NCBI GenBank assembly: GCA_024704765.1
Contig: JAKMXF010000222.1
Location: 620,001 to 684,000, forward strand
Length of the DNA: 64,000 bases
Source of the DNA: Oopsacas minuta
Taxonomy: Eukaryota > Animalia > Porifera
Reading direction: 5' to 3'
Each line of letters begins with the position of its first letter. The first letter of the stretch is position 1. Under the pieces are notes generated by a model, which saw nothing but the letters and a program-made list of their open reading frames with translations, ran no database searches and had not been told where the DNA came from. Made by a program: the position numbers and the translations under genes. Positions 51,201-60,200 of this stretch are shown here, in pieces.

Positions 51201-54200
51201 TAACTACCAATTTAGGGTTGGCTCAGAGTAGACCATGAGTCAATGGGTCCTGATTCATGGGTCAAATGGTTCATGTGTTACGGTTCGACCGATGGCCATC
51301 GAGTGAGCCATTGACCAATCGCCATAACTACTGACTGATTTGGAATTTGGATGTAATTATATGCATTTTAAAATGATCGAAAATGTGTCGAAATTGCCAC
51401 TTATAAGTGGCTAAATTAAGAAATGTTAAATGCTGCAGCGATCCAGTAGCAAATATATTCAAACTGATAGTCTTTCACCGTTAGATTTTAACTCATCTAA
51501 TCTAAAGAATAAGTAGCGTGCAATATTTACTGAAAATAGTGAAATATTCTAAAACAGCACAAAAACGAAGTCAATTTTAAGCAAATGTATACACATTTAA
51601 TACATTGCAATAATTATAAATCAAATGAATGCCTCTAATACTAATTATTTAATAAGATCAAATGACATATCTTTGAATTAGTCATCTTCATCTCCCTGTG
51701 TATAGATCTTTGGTCTAGTGTACTTAGTTCGGATATGGTTGTGTCACAACCCCGTGAGTATTAGCGTATACTTGTGTGGTGTACTTTGAGGTCGCTAACT
51801 TGGGTGAGTTTGGTTGGATAGGCTTAAATTGAATTGTACTGTTTTGACATGATACAGACACAGACCAGACATCGGGGTTGCCATAAGAAATGATATTATA
51901 TTACTGTCATGCTACATTTGGTCCCCCATAGTAGATCCGACCGTACCATATATGGCGTCATATATGTCCCCGACCCCTCTAGCACAATGTAACCCAGAAA
52001 ATAAACATAGCAGTCCCGAACTATTTCTCTAAAGAGGAATATGAGGAATATGTATTTAACCGATAAGCAAGAGTTAAACTCTCACACTAGCGCAATATCG
52101 ATGATGTATTAATATAGATGAGTTAAAATTTCACGTAACAGTCAGGTCTAACTAATCCACTGAAAATGAAAAACAATGTTGAGTTTGTTGGCTGCCTGGT
52201 TAGAGTAATTTGTTAAAATTTCTTATTACAAATAGGTCATAATCTGGAAGAATGTCATGACAGATACCAAATTTACAGATAAGATCATTATAGTTGCTAA
52301 CCTGTGAGTTAGAGTTAGGATTGATAAGACTTGTCGGTAACACGATTTTGGAGTATTCAGCTGAAGTAGTCTCTTGAAGAAATTTCTGGTTAAGTTGAAA
52401 TGTAGTATCATAAGAAGGGAAATCTTCTTTCTTTATATCCGATAAATTTAGCGGTTTCGAGGGTGGTGGAAGTGTTAACGATGAGGGATCTTCATAGTCT
52501 GCAATATTTAGGTCAGATCTATCAACAATTATTCTTTCATCATAGATAACCTCTTCAATACTCCCATCCACTTTTGTATCAATCTCGGTGTACTCAGGAA
52601 GAGTATCAGGGAGCAGTTCAGCCTTTTCAGAAGAATTCCCCCCCTCGACTGCATTGGAATTTTCGAGGCATTCGGGAATGTTAGAAAAAGGAGGTAAAGG
52701 AAATGGTGGCCTGTCAGAGTTCTCTTCTATTTCACCTGAAGGAATTATTGAAATATAACGGGCTGAAGAAGTATAAATACGCTATACTCCGCATTATAGA
52801 GCGATGGGTTAATCGGGTCTACCTGATTAATCTGGAACCCCTCGCTAGAAACAGAACCATACAAATAGAGCTAAATTAATCAGGTCAACAATATTATTTC
52901 GTTAAATCGGGTCAAAATGGCCTGGTCCAGATGACACCTATTAAGCGGTATCTGCTGTATATAGATATATCACAGATATCGTAACAGGTAGGCTGTATAG
53001 ATATAACTAAACTCGTGACCTACGTAATGTAAGGCTACAGAGATACATTGGATGAGTAAATTCTACTATTATGAGATTCTTACTACTTTGAATACGCGGA
53101 CCATGGATGCCCAAATGCTATGAGATATCTACTACACTAGGAATCAGTAGGAATGCATTCATACTTCTACGTATGCTAACTACTTATATTATTTACAGTT
53201 ATACAACACACTGACATATACAGCAACCGTTTAGTGTTTGCCAAGAGGGTTTAATATATTCAAGTATACAGTATACTTCATTGTCATAAGTTGATTTTAA
53301 TGAGTAAAGTAATATATAAGCTGGCAGATACTGTCATTAAATTATTGAAATTTGATCTTGATATCCTATGTTGAGTACGGAGTGGTCAGTAGTGACTGTG
53401 GAATTAGATTGTGGCAGTAGTTTACTGATAGTATAGTAAGTATATATATGGAGGATGTATTCTCAGGACACTAGGGTCCTAGCATTATTTCTGGGACCCT
53501 GTTTAAAACTAATCAATATAAAAATACACTAGACTGATATATCAAATTTTTAAAATACACTAAATATAGTGTCCTAGAGCGAAAATACACTCTAGGACCC
53601 TAGGCCTAGATATAATGTTCCTATATATATGGATAAACATTTTCAAAGTGGGAAGGTTGGAGCGCAAAGCGGGAGCCCGCTCCAAATTTGAGAAAGGCTT
53701 AATGCTCTACTACAGAGTGACAAATAAGTTCTGTTCCATATGTTTGATGAACTGTAGATCCCTTTTAAAGAACGCGATTGAACAATATTAGTGTAAGATA
53801 AGTAACAATATATATATATATATATATATATAAAGTATTCAAAGGCAATCTATACATTGTGAATAAAACTAAAAGATCCTGGGCAAAATGGAGAAGAATA
53901 GGGTGGCTATTGTTAATTTATATTTGCAAGGGAATGCCAGAGCATAATATTGAACATTCTCAATTTCCCCAAATCGCGCCGGAAATTGATATATCGTACT
54001 GTTAAAAGGTATAAGGACACTGGTAGCAACTCAGAGAGGCAGAGAAGTGGACGTCCAACATCTACTGCCCAGATGAGAAAGTTATCCGAAGTCGGATTCA
54101 GCAAAATCCGCATGGTCCGTGTATACAAAGTAGTAAGAATCTCATGGTAGTAGAAATCTCATATAACAGGGCAAACTCTAAGTCGTTATTAATAATCTAT

Positions 54201-57200
54201 ATTATTAAATCTCAATTGTTGTTTGTCTGTTGTTAGGGAAAAGATTTATGGTATGCACTTGGAATTTCCGCATAACTATGTATTTATCGTGTTTATCAAG
54301 GCAGTAAATAGAATTAAATAAAACTTCACTAAATATATCGAACATGCTGAATCCGATTTAGGTTTAAAACGCTAAAATAATATCTCAAGAAAAATAGCCG
54401 TCGTTGTATATAAATCCCTTAACGGACCACTCCCCCAGCATACGAGAGATAAGTTCAAATACATCCAGGAAGTGCTAACTCGCACTCAGAACTCAACACA
54501 AGGCAAGCTGTATATCCAAAAACAAAATCATAAATTTAGACAAAATACATTATCTTATCAAGGCAAAAATACATTATATATTCATGGATTTACGCTATGT
54601 GTAAAATTGCACCTTCCGTTCCCTTACATAGAATAGGGTCTCAAAGTGGTCCGTAAGTATGGAAGGACAAAATAATGACTCAGTCCTAGACCAGCAAGAC
54701 CCTAAATACAGCATTTGGCATAAGCTCCAGAGATTAAACCGGTCAGAAATTCGGCATTCAGGGCAATCTCGAACAATTTTAGCGACAGTAAGTAAATGAA
54801 ATCTCGAGAAGAAATATTGCGCTTGTAATGTAGTCTGCGCGGTCGGATGCGTCATAAAATCTGGCTAATTCCTTCTGTGATATGTTCTAGCCGAGCCAAA
54901 ATTATATATCGACAGTTACGGCACTATTGAAACTAGAGTAATTAATACTAATATGCGATTCCCGAGATCAAAAGAAGCCAAGCTTCAATCACCCTATATT
55001 AATTAGACTAGCGCTGACCTATGCTGAAACTGGCATAGATCATAGATGTAACTGGATCCACGAGCAAGAGAGGGCATAAAGACATGATATCAACCGTTTA
55101 TAGTATGAGTTTAAATACTAATATGCGAAAGAATGATATTACCAACACCGAATTGTGAATATTTGTTGCCCCTAAGTGTATAAAGTAAGCACATTTCTAA
55201 ATTGTCATAGAACCTTGGCTTCAACAGTTACATTAGGGTAACTGGACAGGCTATAACAAATTTCGGCTATCAGATTTTCTCATAAGTAAATTATTGTTGT
55301 TCATATGAAAAAAATCTTCGTGACATGAATTGCGGAACTTCACACAAACATAAAATGTTCGCAAGCTACGTAGCGCGAGCAAGCGAAGCGCGTTTGTATA
55401 TCCTAAAATGATGGCAAAGCTTTGTTGTTATTGTTAGAATAATATCATGGAAAATACCATTTTAAAAGTATTCTAGTTACAACTTACTAGCATCCAACAG
55501 GGAATAACATGATTCAGGCCTTGCCTTACCTCCACCCACATCAGTTTCTATATCCTGTTCATCTACTGATAACATGCTGTATGTGCTTGATATCTGTTTG
55601 CCCATTGTGGAAATCGTTGGCTAAAAATATAGATAGTAATAATAATTATCGAAAACAGTCGATATTGCACAGATGGGCAACCAGTTCTGCTTAGGAAAAA
55701 CACACAGTAGGTTTCGGATATGAGAAAGTTTACGATTTCACTTAACGTAGTTCTTATATCCGAAACCTACTGTATACTAATAACTACTGTATACTAATAA
55801 CTACTGTATACTAATAACTACTGTATACTAATAACTACTGTATACTAATAACTACTGTATACTAATAACTACTGTACACTAATAACTACTGTATACTAAT
55901 AACTACTGTATACTAATAACTACTGTATACTAATAACTACTGTACACTAATAACTACTGTATACTAATAATGCCAAAATTATTCTTAATTGAAGTAGCCG
56001 CTGAATTGGGTACAATTATATAAGGATAATGTGACCGTATTTCGCGGAGTTGAATATAACTCATTTCCATGAATAAAAGGATATAATTAGTAGCCTATGA
56101 GAATTAGAAGATGAGATCTGGATTAATGCTAACAATTTCAAAAATCGAACAACTTGTAATTATTATAACACACAAATATATTTTTATCCATGGCCTACCA
56201 AAATACGGCTGAATCATAGTAAAATTAGTCCAGTTTACCAATCTGATAAAAAATTAAGCCTCCAATTTTTGCGAATAGACCCATTTGGAGTAAAAATTCA
56301 GTACTCAATTGAGACAATTTAAATGTTTTAACGACCACCATTCATCTAGTAATCATCTAGTTGAGCGCCCAACCCTCCTCTAGGCTTATGACGCTTTATG
56401 AATTTCCATTGAGGAGCGTGAAAATTCAGGATCTTCCCCTATACCAAAACACTAATTTCCTGATTTAGTCGCATAAAATTTAGGGAGAGAGCTAGGAGCG
56501 TGCTTGGAAAACTCTGTATAACCCCCTAATCATAATATAAAAAGTGTCCTCATTGTAAAATCGAAATTATTTAGATTTTTTCCAATTTTCGTATTTCTTT
56601 GAAATAATGTGTCCTAATTATCTATACTGAATAATTATTCGCATACTTACCAACCAAAACCAGGGGAAATATTGGTCTATACCAGAGGTACATCAATCCA
56701 ATCTGAGTAAGACGCATTTGTCAGAATTTGCTTTACTATTAAACATATTTAAATGCATTCATATTTAATTTAACAAGTAGAACAAGGCTGCTCGGGCTGG
56801 GGTTGTTAACCGAATGAAGGAGATGGTCAAACTTGGTTCAATAATATCAGTTAACCAGGTGATCACTGTTATTAAACTGAACATTTTCTCATAAATGAGG
56901 GAGAAATTCACATTTTGCATAAAATAGAAATCTAGAGAATTCGAGAAAAATTTCAAGGGAAACAGTTAAAAGGGGTTGGTAAGTACAGCTATCATCATGT
57001 GATTCGAAGCCTCAGGGGAAATAAAAACTGTTCGGATAGCGAATGTTCGAGTTGACGGTTGCCATAAGTACTAAAAGTACAACGAAGGGAAATGAATACT
57101 CTTTAGAGGTAACGAATGTTTGAGTTACTGGATATTGACTGTATAATATATATTATGAAATGCTTCTACAAATAAGCTATCCTCGTGTGTAGAAAATGAA

Positions 57201-60200
57201 GAAATTCAAACATTAGGATTGAATGAGTATTTTTCCGTTAAAAAGTTGAGAAAATGCTCAAGTTGTATAAATGGTATAATCATTGCCTAACTGCGTCTAA
57301 ACTAGATGAAGGATTTCGAACTTTTAGTAGTCTTAATTGATTCCTTGGATTTTTTATCCTAAAATTTCAATTCGCAAACATTTGAATTCTCATTGTTATT
57401 TTATGAGAATTATAAAACTGGACTCTTACACTTTACTGTGATTTGGCAGCACGTATAGCCGTATTTAAATGTAGTAGGCCATGATTTATCATATTGATCA
57501 TATCCAACATACAATTTGAATTAGTGGGACCAGAGTTGTTTTAATAGGAGGTTTCCATAAACTAGAATCTGACTGCAGCTGATCTGGAGGCTGTGGTGGG
57601 ACAGACTCGAGAGTGTCATAAATTAAATCTAGACTTTCAGGAACTTCAGAGTTCTCTACATCAGTAGGTGGCATGTGTACCATTTCATCAATTCGAATAT
57701 TTTTCTTGTACCTAACATTTGGTTCGAATTCCGATGGTACGGAGTCTAGTGTGTCATAAGTTTCTCCCACAATATCTGCTGATAGAAATAATATAAATGC
57801 CATAATAAACGAGCACTGATAATGGGTTTTAATTATGGTGTGAGATAATTATTATGACTATCGGGGTATAATTGGATTTTGAGAAAATATGTCATCCAGT
57901 TACCCCTGGCCTCTACTGTAACCCAAGAACGAGCCAAATTTATTATTGCAAATTGTTGATAATTTGTATAATAGTGTATAGATCATTTCTTGTATTAACT
58001 TTGAAATGTAAGATGGTATAATTAAACGTTCTACGTACCAAGCATGAAAGAAAGAAATTTTACATATAAATCCTTACTAGTCACATACGTGGATTTGTAT
58101 CATATAATCTATAGTAGAATCTATACTATTATAACGCAAATAATATGTGTATGTATATGTGTATATACCGGGTGGGCCAAAACAAAACGGGCCTCATGCA
58201 CATTTCAGGCCACCTTGAAACTATTAGTCAAACAAAGCAATACGGTTTTATTTATTCTCTTTAAAGATATGTTAGATAATCCAAAGATGAAGTAATAGAG
58301 TATTCACTACAAGTCTATGTGAATTCAGAGAATTTTTGAATCGTGGTCTCTCAAGGAAATTATACAAAATGTTTGCATATATTCAATGTCAAAAATGCGC
58401 CCTGGAAATCAAGAATTCACGGTTGGGTTAAGAGATTTCAGACAGAGAGAACTATTAAAAACCTAAATAGTAAGTCCCAAGACCGTACAAGTCATTCCGG
58501 GAGAAATAGTTCTGAAGAATGTAATGGGAATTTTGCTCTAAAAATCCAAAAATGGAAATATTTTGATGGTGTTTATCTCGCACATAGCTCAAATCCTCCT
58601 ACACTTTCAACCTACGATAATAAAGGCCTGTATTCATCTTGTACGCCATTTCAGCTTTATAACCATAAGGTTTTGTTAATCTCTCCTAATTATCATGCAG
58701 ATTTGAAGCAAATTGTTCGGGCCCGTTTTTTGTGGCCCACCCTCTATATATGTTTGTATGTCCAGAATTGATTGAAGAGACTGGAGGATCCTCAAGGGAT
58801 GATTTTTGGCCTGGCTTGGACAATTTCGAGTCTTGGATGAAAATTCACATCTGACGAAATTATTACGTCATCGTCACCTTTTGGAATTTAGCAAGATCAC
58901 ATTTTTAAGCAGTGCTCACCCAATATACGTGATAGAAGCTTGAATCACAGGTACCCCTCAATATGCCACACTTACTGACCTCATCATTTTGGCCACATGC
59001 AAAATCATCATTACGTCATCATGTCTGTACAAAAAATCAAAATTCTCCAAATTTCGATATTTTTGAGAATTTCATAATATTCGAGACCAGTGGCGTCATG
59101 TGGCTTTGAAATCTCGGGGGCACAAATTCAATCTAGTGTGCAACGAGTTCTGGACGAGGTTCTATGGGCGCTGTAAACAATCAGAAAGGTCCAAGAGCGA
59201 AATCTATCGCAAGAAATACGTTGATTTGCAATTTGAGTAGCACAGAAAGTTGGCATTTTTCTGGTCCCTATGAGTAATGATGTGGGAGCAAGGAGAATAT
59301 TTTGGGGGCCCGGCCCTCCCCCAGGCACATCTAGCACGACTCCATTGTTCGAGACATGAAGTGCCTAGATTACTAACCTAAAACCGCGTAACAGTTCCAG
59401 CAATACCACATAAGGCCATTAAATGGAATTTAGATGGACCATGGATAATAAAAAATAAATATTCCCACAAAAAATTATTCCCGAGGCACGTAGTGCCGAG
59501 TATATCCCGTCGTGTAGTTCCCAAGGATAAAAAATGTAACTGTTTTAAGCTTAAGCAAACACAACGACGTAGCAAGCGAAGCGCGCTAGTAGTAAACAAT
59601 GTGCTGTTGTACAAATTAGCAATACATTTATTCGGGCAAAACAGAGCCGTTTCTGCAGTATAGACACCATATAATTACAAATACTTCGGTCGACCTCTGC
59701 ATCTCTGGACTCCAGAATCTATAACTATAAGTATTAGTGAGGGCATATGTTTATTCGGCCATGGATAGTGACTATGAAATTCCTGACCGCCCGGGTACTC
59801 AAATAATTATAATATGGAGCTGAAATAAGTTTCGAATGAACATAGGCTTTAGTGTGTTTGAATTAAAAATACAATTATCGTTATTTTTATGGTCTATAAA
59901 ATAATTCACTTACTGTAGTCCTCCTCGCCACTCTCGACAAATTCAAATTCATTATCTGAAAGCTGCACAAAAGGTTGATCTGCACCTGGGATATCCAATA
60001 TATTTTCTACAAAAGAGAATGAATAAATCTGAGTCATTGCAATTACAGAGATTATGCTGCGATCTAATGTTTTGTAAAGATTTTTAGTTAAATTCACAAT
60101 AGTCCTGGCATTATGCTATAAATAGAAAATCTCAAATCACCGTCTGTGCCGACTAAAATTTCATCAAGTTTATTTCAGTTGATTACTAATTATGCTACTA

